DNA of 54,266 bases, the filler included, from Catajapyx aquilonaris (lineage: Eukaryota): the NCBI GenBank assembly GCA_000934665.2. It is 2 parts of 2 records of this genome, joined end to end, with 100 filler letters (N's around TTAATTAATTAA, not from the genome) between each part and the next. Parts side by side here need not be neighbours in the genome. Positions count along the whole stretch, not along the records: positions 1 to 27,061 come from KZ539288.1; positions 27,162 to 54,266 come from KZ539289.1. The stretch is one strand, 5' to 3'. A model generated the notes under the pieces. It searched no databases and was not told the origin of the DNA. It worked only from the letters and a program-made list of their open reading frames with translations. The position numbers and the translations under genes were made by a program. Positions 25,301 to 37,305 of the stretch are shown here, in pieces (the first letter of the stretch is position 1; the number at the start of each line of letters is the position of its first letter).

Positions 25301-26410
25301 AATATGGAGACTATTTTGCATTGAAACCTAATGCAAAACTGTCTCATCTTTTTGAGCAATGTAATGCATCATGCTGGGAAGGGATGGAGGGGAAGAGGTC
25401 AATGTCAGCTTGATGATGGGGAATTTAACTGAGCATGAAGTGATGCTCAAAATTGGTATGAAGCTATGTAGGGATAATTGGTGAACTAACAGCTTTCTTC
25501 AAGCACAAAATATTCCTAATTTTGTGCACAGGGCAATAGCATATGAATCTCCATACACACAAACACACTTTCCTCAAAAATTCTATTTTTGTAGAGGGAA
25601 TAACCCACAGTTTGGGATGGGGGAGTCTGGCCCAGTGTGATTACTTGTGACATGGGGAGTAGAGCAGATCAAAATTGCCAAAGGTCAGCATGAAGTAGGT
25701 CATGGATGACCCTTTGCCTTTTGTGAGTAGGACTGTGTAATGTGTATTATACTTCGTTGATTGTTATAATTATGTTGCACACATACACATGTTGAGAATC
25801 ACATGTTTAAATGATGGCGCTGTGCGTAAGTTAGGTTTTAGAAATAATTTATTTAACTGAGTCATTTTTAAGAAAAAATGTCTTTTCAGATGAATTATCA
25901 GAAGATTCTGGTGGTGAAGCTCCAGTAGCACTGGAAATAAAAGATGCAGGCGGTGGAGGAAAAGGAGGAGGCGGTAGTGTCCTGGCAAAAGTTATATTCT
26001 TCACTCTGTTAGGAGTTCTAGTAGTAGTTGGTGGACTAATTGTAATTGAATACCGGGGCACCAAAGATGGTAAGTTATTGTGTTCGTGTGATTCTCAGTC
26101 ATGTTGCTTATTAAACATTGGATTTGCAGTCGATGTACCACTGGCTGAGTCACGCTTTGCCACTGTGTTTGAAGGTTGGATAGATGAGTCTCCACCAGAA
26201 GAGGAGCATGAGGCAGCAGAAGAAGGATCTGTTGAGCATGAAGATGGTGATGAACATGAAGAAGATGAAGAAGGGGCAGCTGAATCTGGAGAAGGACAGG
26301 AGGAGGAGGAGGAGGAGGAATCTCCATCTGTGGAAGAAGAGGATGGAAGCTTAGAAGAGGCAGAGCAGCCTGAAGAGGAAGAGGAGGAAGACCAGGAAGA
26401 AGGGGAAGAG
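22361..26410 (+). CDS. Asph: Aspartyl/asparaginyl beta-hydroxylase (Asph/junctate-like), 5' part only: cytosolic N-terminus, transmembrane helix, acidic luminal region
   Basis: Exons 22361-22412 (MSGDVQPRRRKDKRRKK, the characteristic insect Asph N-terminus), 25890-26069 (hydrophobic VLAKVIFFTLLGVLVVVGGLIVIE) and 26130-26410 (ESRFATVFEGWIDE + Glu-rich) join in phase 1/1. TPR and hydroxylase exons are absent because the sequence stops at the 27062 spacer. Confidence 0.85.
24907..25277 (+). mobile_element. tRNA-derived SINE, family 1, copy 2 (Asph intron 1)
   Basis: A box tggccgtgatgg, B box ggttcgatccc, A-rich (aaat)n tail, exact 12-bp TSD tataaggcacta at 24895-24906 and 25278-25289. Confidence 0.9.
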
Positions 26411-27061
26411 GTTAGTGAAGCATAGCTGTCATTGTAGTGTGCTATATTTGTTAATAATTAACCACATGTGCAACCATATTTAATATTCAAAAGTGAAGTT
26501 GTGGAAAATGAGACTTCCATATATGCTTTACCAAGCTCCTTTTGAATAATTCTGTACTGATGCTGAAGACAGGCTGGCCATATATTGCTGCTGTTTCCAT
26601 GCTTCATGCCATTCATTAGTCAGTAATATTTTATCTGATAATGATACAGTGAGACATAAATAGGTTACAATCTCCAGATAATGGACATGTAATTTTTCAT
26701 ATTCTCTGCCATAATGACTTGCTATTAGATTTCATAGATCTAAAATGATGCTCTGTTTTTGAAAGTTTTAGACCTGATTGGAGGAACTTGACAATATTAC
26801 TAATAGAAGTTCTTCTGGCTTCTCTTTCGATGGATAAACACAGGGTTTTTTATGAGTGATTATTGGATTATTGAGGGCAGAAAACTGCACCTCCTTCATG
26901 AACAGGTTTATCATATAGGCTACTCCAACTCCTTGCCAGGGCATTCATTTGCCAATAATCTACTTATACAGGGTGTAAATGAATTCAACCGACAAACTTC
27001 TAGGGGTGATAGAGGGGACCAAGACAAACATTTTTGACATAGGAAACCGTGTCCGGAAACG

Positions 27062-27161
27062 NNNNNNNNNNNNNNNNNNNNNNNNNNNNNNNNNNNNNNN
27101 NNNNNTTAATTAATTAANNNNNNNNNNNNNNNNNNNNNNNNNNNNNNNNNNNNNNNNNNNN
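27062..27161. other. Artificial contig-joining spacer (44 N + TTAATTAATTAA + 44 N)
   Basis: Exactly 100 nt and symmetric; the 12-mer places stop codons in all six frames; genes on both sides are truncated at it. Confidence 0.9.
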
Positions 27162-27175
27162 TTGATTGATTGCAG

Positions 27176-28772
27176 ATTACTCAACAACAATTTGGAGAGT
27201 TGTGCGCACCCGTGATTTCCGAAACTCTGAAGCACGTGAGAAGTTTAATAGAAAAGGCCAGAATAGGAAAATGTCAAATAGAGCACGTGGTCATGGTCGG
27301 AGGTTCAACACGTATGCCAAAGCTGAAAGAAATTGTCAAAGATTTTTTGAACCTGAAAGAGCTGGACCAATGCATCGATCCAGAGGAAATAGTTGCTTAC
27401 GGAGCTGCTGTACAAGGTGCTATCCTGAACAAAGATATACGAAGGAAAATGACTCCCAGGAAAGGAAGCGCATCTTCTTTGCGGAGATTCAGATTTTGGT
27501 CGTCTTTCAGAAAGGAAGTCCCGGCAAGTACCAGTAAGAAAACACCTCTTGATGTAAAAAGTAATGTAGACGAAATCCTTATGCAGTTAGTGAAAAGTGA
27601 GAAACCAGACAGAGAAATTGAAGTTGAACAGAATCCAGACGACAAAGAGAAAATAACTGGTCAGACATCTGAAAAAACTGACACAAAGATTCCTGGGAAA
27701 GATGAGCCTGACGATGACAATATAAAAGGAGAAGAGATCATCGGGGAGACCCATGAAAAGAAAACGAAGCAAAGAATACCACCAGTTGTCCAGCCTGAAC
27801 AACTTACTACGCCAAAAGTCTCACATGAGTATCGCATGCAACCCCAATTGGATGATCATCCTATCATCTCCCTTGAAACAGAAAAGCCTAAACAAACTGT
27901 CATAAATGTGGCAGAAAATGACCAATCAGTACTAACTGCAAAGGTCAAAGACTCACAAGAGTACAGACTGCAAGGACTATGGGGTGAACATCCGATGGTC
28001 TCCGATGAAACAGAAAAACCTGATAAACCTCTCAAATATGACGAAAGATTCGACGAAACCAACCACGAAGAGCTTTTAATTAGTCACAAGCGGCAAGAAG
28101 AGTTAGTAGATAGTATAATTACGATCAGTGATCGGAAAGACATTGTCTGTTTACCTCTCCTTGTACATTATTACAAACGCTTGCTGACAATTACTGATAA
28201 TGCGGCTATACACTCTGAAAAAGGCATTGTATGCAATAACAACCAGGTGAAAATGACAATTCCTGTGAGTATTTTAAATATTATTATTCTCTCAGCTGAA
28301 ATGCAATTCGCAACGACAAATCTGCACAATTGTTCCCTTGTTGTTTATTTAATTCCAGATCGCTACAACGAAGGCTCTTCGTAATGTTGGAATAATTATC
28401 AGCATTGATGCTAACGGAATTGTAGGGGTAAATGCATCCGAAACAGTGTCAGGCAAACGTAACATCATGTGTCCCGACAACTCCGCAGATGATTTGAGGA
28501 AAGCAGAGTTGCCAGATATTATCCTCAATGAAACGCAGATATTCGGCGATAAGGAGGAAATGAAGAAGGAGAGAGACGCGGCCAAGACAATTGTGGAGAA
28601 TTATGTATACGAGCTGAAGCATGACCTGAAAGATTCACCCGAATATGATGAGAAGCAGAAGGCGATGGACAAGTGCTGCGAAACCAGCAAGAAAGATGAT
28701 GAGCTTTTAATTAGTCACAAGCGGCAAGACGTGACCACTTTCCAAGAAAATCCTCAAACGCCAGCCGTACAG
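27176..28772 (+). CDS. HSP70-like unit A (5'-truncated): end of NBD, large insertion at the linker, degenerate SBD; possibly spliced to unit B
   Basis: Exons 27176-28264 (IEHVVMVGGSTRMPK, IDPEEIVAYGAAVQG, then a long charged insert) and 28359-28772 (IISIDANGIVGVNASE, AKTIVENYVYELK); frame stays open to a stop at 28806-28808 if unspliced. Exons 1-2 are missing beyond the spacer. Confidence 0.8.
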
Positions 28773-28834
28773 GTGTTGAAATCCGAGGAGGTGTCTGCTA
28801 AATTGTAACACTTTCAATATCAACCATGTTTCAG

Positions 28835-31145
28835 GTACAGACACCAGAGGAGCCACAAATTATAAAACCCATCAGAGACACGAGAGGAACAGGCCCTGCA
28901 GTGGGCATTGACTTGGGCACCACATGTTCTTGTGTAGCCGCGTGGAAGGATGACGAGGTCACAATCTTCTTCAATGATCACGGAAATCGAGTGACACCAA
29001 GTTTCGTTTCCTTCACTGAACATGAGAGGCTGGTGGGAGATCCTGCCAAGCAACAGGTACAGTGTTGGTCATAAATGGTGGCATACTGCCAGCGACATTT
29101 TCCGAAGCGGCAGAAGAAGGAATCTTGCTCGCCCCGGTTTGTAGTATGCTTATTTTCGATTCTTTCTTCTGCCGCTTTGGAAAATGTCGCTAGCAATATA
29201 TTACCTCGATTTATGACCAACACTGTGTGTGACACGCATTGAAAGCAGCAAAATTCCTGAGCTCCCTTCAACTCACAGGTGGTGAACACGCCGGAAAACA
29301 CAGTGTACGACTCTAAGCGTCTGATTGGACGCAAATATGACGATCCTGTGGTGCAAGAGGACATGAAGTCATGGAGCTTTCCAGTCGTGAAGGACAACGG
29401 AAAACCTCGTCTGGAAGTGAAGTACCATAAACAGAGGAAGAGGTTTTACCCAGAGAGTTCAATGGTCCTGGCCAATTTGAAGGAGACAGCGGAGACTGCT
29501 CTGAAGACAAAGGTGACAGACGCAGTGGTGACAGTACCTGCTTACTTCAACGACGCCCAAAGACAAGCGACCAAAGACGCCGGAGAGATCGCTGGTCTGA
29601 ACGTCCTTCGAATAATCAACGAGCCGACAGCAGCAGCCATTGCTTACGGACTGCAAAACAGGTCGAAGAAAGACACCAATGTTCTGTTGTACGATCTCGG
29701 AGGAGGAACCTTCGACGTGACAGTGCTGACCATCAATGGTTTGACCTTTAAGGTCAGGGCGACATGTGGTGATACTCACCTGGGAGGGAGAGACTTTGAC
29801 AATCATTTGGTGGAATATTATGTGCAACTGTTTAAGAGGAAGCAAAAAGTGGACATCACAGGAAATTATAAGAGTATTCAACGACTTCAAACCGCATGTG
29901 AAACAGCCAAAAGGACACTTTCAGGCAGGATTGACACGTACGTGACTGTAGAGAACCTCAGCAACGGTATCAATTTAAACGAAAAGGTATAACATGTCAC
30001 TTTGGCCTCACTTGCGACAGAATTAATACAGTGTTTTACCTTGCAGTTGTCACGAAACAAATTCGACCATCTGTGCATGGAGCTTTTCCGAAAGACCATG
30101 GATATTGTAAAACAAGCTTTGTTTGATGCCAAAATTGATAAGAGCGACATTCATGACGTGGTTTTGGTCGGCGGTTCCACTCGCATACCACGGATAAAGG
30201 CAATGGTCAGAGAGTTCTTCAACGGCAAAGAGCTGTGCATGAACGTTAATCCAGAAGAAGCGGTAGCCATAGGAGCCGCCGTACACGCCGCCGTACTTCA
30301 TGGTGACCACAAAGGTCACCGCATAAATGAAGTGGTGCTGGAGGACGTCATTCCGATGTCGCTTGGCGTAGAGGTGGAGGGACATAAGATGGGCGTGATT
30401 TTGCAGAAGAACACCAAAGTTCCATGCAAAAAATCCAGAATATTTACTATTGAAGGCGATAACCAGGGTACATTTCCAATATGCGTGAGTAACATTGTGT
30501 AATATTATTGCTCTGTAATATTGTACTTATTCAATGCGTTTCATAATGATTTAAAAAAAACCAAACCTCAAAAAAATTCCTATGAGAGTAGTTAACCTGC
30601 TTGAATCACTACATAATTATTTTCTTCATTCCATTCAGGTGTATGAGGGAGAGAGTGATGAGGCGTTGAAAAACAACCTTCTGGATTCCTTCACCTTGAA
30701 AGGGTTTCCTCGTCAACCCTCACCCAAATTTGATGTGACCTTTGAGATAGACGCGAACGGAATTCTGAAGGTGACAGCGATCGAAACCACTTGCGGTCAA
30801 GGACAGAGTATAACCGTGACCAATGCCAGGGGACGATTCACTCAAGATGAACTGGAACAGATGAAGGAGGAAGAGGAGACACTCAGAGAAGCAGACAGGA
30901 GGATGAGGGAACAGGTGTTCGCCAGAAGTGAACTGGAGGATCATGTTGACAAAGTTAGGGAAAAGGCAGAAAAGATGGAAGGAGACGGCATTTATGTAGC
31001 GGGGAACAGAGAGGCGATCATCGACATATGCGACTTGGTCTCGCTCTGGATGGAGGACAATCCACATGCGGAAAGAGAACAACTGCAAGAGAAACTGGAA
31101 AAATTTCACAGAGAATGCTTGGAATTGGGCATGACATACGAGTAA
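28835..31145 (+). CDS. HSP70-like unit B (about 624 aa from the acceptor), no EEVD
   Basis: Exons 28835-29056, 29279-29986, 30047-30484, 30639-31145. [71 protein letters not shown]. An in-frame ATG at 28826 overlaps the acceptor and is an alternative start. Two-residue deletion in YPE--SSMVL. Confidence 0.9.
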
Positions 31146-32292
31146 TTTTTGTTTATTTTGGATGAATTAAAGATTTTCAAGATATTTGTGGTATACGGAC
31201 GGGCTGAATAAAATTGAAAGCTGGTATTATTTTAACTGACTCAAATTGCTTTTAGCTTACACTGTACCTAATCCCCTGCACCTTTTTACAGGATAAGACG
31301 GACATTTACGTAACAGTATTTATAGTGTAGGGGTAGCAGTCCATCTGAGGTTTAATTAGACTGATATCATTTTATCGCTCTGTGACTGACTATTTCAAAC
31401 AAGGATATAAGCTGATACGGTGCACCACGATTTCCGAGAAGGTGACCTGCTCTCGTTACGATTAGCAAGAAGACACTCGAGGATTTGACATATCAGAAGG
31501 CGTATTTTCTCAGAGATAACAAACTCTGACAATGATGGCTGAAGTGTTTGCGAACTCTATACTGTGATCTCATAATCATCCAAGATATTACTTTTAAAAA
31601 TAAGTCATCGTTGTGCAACTACTGACCATGGTTTGACGTCAGTATTCAAGCAAGTTACATCAATAACCCAGCCTTATTAAAATGCGCAGTAAACAATACA
31701 GTGGCTCATGTCTCATCAAATGGTGTCAACAATAATTTATCTCAAGCGTCATCTCCAGTAACATGTAATTAAATCCAGATGTGTGCTCCATGACCCGGCA
31801 CTTCGTATAAAATGGGATTTGGCACTGTACAGTGAATGATGAGTCGCAAACTGTGGTGTGTACATTCGCTTTAACAACACAAAGTAAGTAATCAGCAAGT
31901 AGGCATCAGTTTGGTAGGATTGAGAGACTCGACTAATCAGACATTCATTTTGTATCCGCGGCAGCTATAGTCCCACACGTTGAGATGTGAAGAATGGCAA
32001 GCTAAAACCTTATCTGATGACAGATTAGATATCCCTTCAGCACGGTCTATAGTTCCATTCAACCATTCCGTTACACCTCAGGAGGTAAGTACTTGGCTGT
32101 GAATCGAAATTGCCTTTAAACGTTCAAATACTGTATTGTTCGAAGTAGACATTTTATTTTGAAGGCTATTACGCTCTCTAGGCTTACAAACCAAAATCAC
32201 GAATTCGTATTTGCAATGCAGATCTGACATATTGTCACATTATTACTTTAACCAGAATATGAGCATAATGTCTTTCCCTAGGAAGATCAAAA

Positions 32293-34502
32293 ATGCCCGG
32301 GAAAGCTCCAGCTATCGGCATAGACTTGGGAACGACCTTTTCCTGCGTGGCTATCTGGCAGAATGGAAAGGTCCAAATCATACCGAACGACCAGGGGAAT
32401 ATGGTCACGCCTAGTTACGTTGCCTTCACAGACACAGAGAGGTTGATCGGAGACGCAGCCAAGGCGCAGGTGAGGTGCAGGTATTGTAAACTAGGAAAAT
32501 GCTACTTAGCATAATGACAACATTGTTCACCTTAGGTGTCAATCAACCCAGAAAACACTGTGTTTGACTCCAAACGCCTGATTGGCCGCACATACGACGA
32601 CCCCAGAGTACAATACGACATTGGCTTGTGGAATTTCCAAGTGGTAGACGACAACAACAAGCCACTGGTAGAGGTACGTAGTGAAGGAGTGAAGCGAAGG
32701 TTCCACCCTGAAGAGATAAGCGCCATAGTTTTGAGCAGTCTGAAGGAATCGGCCGAAAATTACCTGGGCATGAAGGTGACAGATGCAGTGGTGACGGTAC
32801 CTGCTTACTTCAACGACGCCCAGCGTCAGTGCACAAAAGACGCAGGGAAAATTGCGGGTCTGAATGTCCTTCGCATAATAAACGAACCGACAGCAGCAGC
32901 CTTGGCCTACGGATTGGACAAGAAGCTGAAGGAGGCCAACAACATCCTGGTGTACGATCTCGGAGGAGGAACATTCGACGTCTCGGTCCTGACCATCAAG
33001 GGCACTCACTTGAAGGTGCTGTCGACAGCAGGGAACACACATCTTGGTGGAGAAGACTTCGACAACTGTCTCTTGGACTACTTCGTGAACGATTTCAAAC
33101 TAAAGTACGGCAGGAACCTAACGGGTCTTCCGAAGTCTATGCGACGACTTCGCACTGCATGCGAGGAGGCTAAGAGGGCATTGTCCAGTCTAAAAGAAAC
33201 CACCGTAACAGTGGACAGCATATGCGGGACAATCGATTTCGTTTACAAGGTATGATAAGCAAGCATCGAAAATTTGAAAATATGTTGTAAATAGGTTTTA
33301 AATGCGAGAAAAATTTTTTACCTTAGTATGAGAGAGGTGGATTGGCTCATTTCGTCAATTTACGGCCTTGAAAAATTGTGTTGAAATTTATACAATGAGG
33401 CCTGTATTCCTATTGTTCATAAAACTGATTTTGCGAATAATTTCAGCTGAGGCGACCCATGTTTGAAGATCTGTGCATAGGCCTCTTCCGAAAAACGCTG
33501 CGTACAGTCGAAACAGCCTTGAATGATGCCAAGATGGACAAGAGTCAGATCGACGACGTGGTTCTGGTCGGAGGATCGACCCGGATTCCAATGATACGTC
33601 AGATGGTGACTGATTTCTTCGGAGGAAAAGAGCCTTGCAAGAGCATTCATCCGGACGAAGCTGTTGCATATGGGGCTGCAATTCAGGCCTCGATTATGAG
33701 CAGGCACGATGAGGAAGAAGAGGAAAAACCTTCTGTTGGCCAGGCTGGAGAACAAGACGAACAAGTGATGGACATTGTGCTGGAGGATGTGACTCCGATG
33801 TCACTGGGGCTAGAGGTTGCAGATGGGAACATGGAAGTGATTGTGGAGAAAAACATGGCCGTCCCTTGCCAAATGTCGAAAGGATTTACCACATCAGTGG
33901 ACAATCAGGATTCAGTCAGTTTCAGGGTAAGTCACCACGTATACAAATGTAATTATTTGTCTATTGTATTATGGACTCTTTACAAGGTGTTTGAGGGAGA
34001 TCACGCCAAGGTTGAGAGCAACAATCTTCTGGACTCGTTCAGTATAACTGACCTTCCTCCTGCACCAAGAGGCGTGCCTGACATCCAAGTAACTTTCAAC
34101 ATCGACGCCGATGGGATCCTGACTATCTCAGCTGTTGAAACCGCATCGGGAACGAGCAGCAACGTGACCATAAAGAACGACAGGGGTCATCTGAGCCAAT
34201 CGGAGATCGAGAGGATGATGAAGGACGCTGAGAAATACCAAGTGGACGAGGAGAAGAGGAAGGAAAGAAAAGAAGCGAGGGCCAAGCTGGAAGGTTTTGT
34301 CTTCCAGTTGAAGCAGGATGTCAGGAATGCGAGCGACAGTGAAATACTTGTGGCAGACAAGGTGGAGATGATGGAAAAGTGCGACCAGGTGCTGGAGTGG
34401 CTGGAGACAGACCAGTTGGAAGAGAAAGATGACTGCGAGTATCAAATGAAGAAGCTGCAGAAGGAATATCTGATGAAAAAATTAAATGCACTACAGGTGT
34501 AA
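32293..34502 (+). CDS. HSP70-like gene C (about 628 aa), intact ATPase motifs, no EEVD
   Basis: Exons 32293-32469, 32536-33249, 33447-33926, 33987-34502, all phase 0 GT-AG; all three HSP70 signatures plus IPPAPRG-like [23 protein letters not shown]; ends KKLNALQV. Confidence 0.93.
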
Positions 34503-35350
34503 TCAATACCCTTTTTTGTCACGCGAGGTGGATAAATTTATGTAAAATTTAATGTAACGCGAAACATCTTTATAAATTGAAGTACACATTATTTTGCACA
34601 AATCCTGGCGATTATCTGTAACTTACATAAATCTACCCGAATGTGACAGTCAAACATTTTATTACTTCTCCAGCACAGCCCTTGTAATTATTTCATATTA
34701 CACGTAAGGTTCCCAATAAATGAACCAATTTTGGAGAATGTCATCCTAGCACACACCTGACCATTTTAAACACATTATTGCATTTTAATACGACTCATTT
34801 CGAACTACAAGTGAGAGTTTATCTATAAACTTAAATAATTATGTCCCAAAACCTTTAAACAAGCAGAATTCAATTAAAATAAGAAAATATAATTTAATGA
34901 ATATTGACCTGCATGTAGGCACACTTCAACTCTGCATTCCGTAGTGTAATGCAGGCATTTCTTCTTCTCCAATACGATACAAGAAAATCAACCACCTCGT
35001 TGGGCGTAAGTTAGGTCAACATTAAAAACATGCAAAGCATATGATTAGACAATATTTTAGAATATCCGTAAAACAATAGCTGGAGCATGTCTAGTTAATC
35101 AATCGGCGAATAAACAGCTCTAGATATGGGTGTTGCTTTTATAAACAAATAACAAAATTATTATTGTTGACAATTATAATATTATCGCTACTAGGAGTTC
35201 ACTAACATGCAAATATCATTCAAGTAAAAAAATACCATGTAATTATTTAGAGGAAATGTACAATATACGAGTGGTCAGGGACTATAGACACAACTGGGCC
35301 ACATCTGAACCAAGTCCTTTATCAGCATTTCATTTGCTAATAGATCAGTA

Positions 35351-37204
35351 TTATACGAGCGTGTAATGAAAAGTGGGACCATGCTTCACAGAGTCAGCTC
35401 GTATGGCAGCTCCGATGGCAACTGCTTCATCCGGATTTACGTTCTTGCAGAGCTGTTTTCCATCGAAAAATTCCTCGACCATGGCCTGTATCCTTGGTAT
35501 GCGGGTGGAACCACCAACCAGAACAACGTCTTGGATGTCCTTCTTGTCTATTTTCGCATCAGAAAGAACTTGCTTGACAATCTCCAAGGTTTTTCCAAAC
35601 AGTTGTTGGCAATGATCCTCGAATCTGTGTCTCGACATCTGGAATAAAATGATGAATTATTTTGTAAAATGGGAGGAATATATTGCGGTAATTATGTGAC
35701 TTAAATTCTTTGAAACACACGTAGTATTTGAAATCGAATCCATCGCAAATGTTATCTATTACGACATTTGCTCTTAAAACGTTGTACAAAGCTTCCTTGG
35801 CCTCCTCCCAGGCGATTCGCAGCCTTTGCATGGCTCTGTGGTTCCCTGTGATGTCTTTCTTGCGATTCCGCTTCAAAATATCGACTAAGTAATCCACGAT
35901 GATGTTGTCAAAGTCTCTCCCTCCCAAGTGGGTGTCGCCACATGTCGCCCTGACCTTGAAGGTCTTATTTTTGATGGTTATAACTGTGACGTCGAAGGTT
36001 TCATCCCTGAGGTCGTAAACAAGCACATTTCTCTCTTCCTTCGACATGTTTTCCAATCCGTAAGCAATCGCGGCTGCAATTGGTTCATCGAGGATCTCAA
36101 GGACGTTCAGACCAGCCATTTCTGCTGCGTCCCTCGTCGCCTGTCTTTGGGCTTCGTTGAAATAAGCAGGGACCGTCACCACTGCGTCGGTCACCTTTGT
36201 CCCCAAAGAAGACTCGGCTGTTGAAGTTTTCAAGTGCTCTAAAATCATAGAACTAATCTGCTCAGGATAAAACCGCTTCTTCTCTCCATGATACTGGACT
36301 TCAACGAGAGGTTTACCAGCGACATTCACAACAGAGAAACTCCATGACTGCAGATGTCTTTGAACTTCTGGATCATCGTAATTGCGACCAATGAGACGAT
36401 TCATATCGTAAACTGTGTTTTCAGGATTTAACACCATCTGTAAGGAGGGGGGGGGGGACATGACTGTCAGATACAACACCGATTAGAGCAGGAGTAAACT
36501 AATATAGAAAATGGGATTTCTACTAATGATACATTATCCTTGGTACTTAAGTTGTGGTTAGCTATATATGGAACAGTCAGAAGTTTTTATTTAGTATTTA
36601 CGTCAGTAACTTCATTTTATACACGGAGATTGTCGGTCACTGGGAATTCTTCATGTGAAAAAATCTTTCAACATACGTAGGCCTATACCAGTACCTGTTT
36701 CGAATAAGATAATGTGCAAATTGTCAAACTAATCTTCTCGTTTTAAGCAGTTAATTCCTTTTCTTACTTCAAGGCTATAATAAAATATCATATAGCCTTT
36801 AATATCAGGTTGGAAGATCCTTGTTTTAGGGCCTAAATTGCCATGACTGAAGGAAACTTTGCACAACTCATTTGGACCTCAGGTCAAATGGTTTAAAAAG
36901 ACTTTAAACCAATGCATAGGCCCTATACTAGACCCTCCCTATTGAATTAATGAGAACTGTAGAACAAAATAATGTAAAGGACGAAAATGTAAAAAAATAC
37001 TGGTACTCCTTGTTTGGCGCCATTTCCTATCCACCTGTATGTTCCATCAAACTCGACATAACATGGAGTCAATCTATTGCCATGTTCGTTAAATAATACA
37101 TGGGCTTCTCCATCCTTCCACACAGCTACGCAGGAGGACGTGGTGCCCAAATCGATGCCCACTGCTACCCCTGACCCAGCTCTGTTCCACGTATGTCTTC
37201 GTAC
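35351..37204 (-). CDS. HSP70-like unit D: nucleotide-binding domain only, degenerate catalytic motifs, no own ATG (probably fused to upstream ankyrin exon; may be a pseudogene)
   Basis: Exons 37204-~37007, 36437-35721, 35638-35351. [23 protein letters not shown] and [10 protein letters not shown] retained, but [17 protein letters not shown] and [10 protein letters not shown]; stop shortly after AVAIGAAI, with no SBD exon found downstream. Confidence 0.8.
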
Positions 37205-37305
37205 CTGAATCAGAGAAATTAACGATTATTAAATTACATGGTTGGGAACGACTTGTACACTGGAATCATTAATCATTTCTTCCGTTTCTGTCTTCTGTGT
37301 TCAAT

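Noticed and set aside
26078..26425. Stand-alone Glu-rich protein, or a complete short junctate-like isoform ending at 26425
   Set aside because: Best explained as Asph exon 3 with a donor at 26411; read-through to the stop is possible but unsupported without transcripts.
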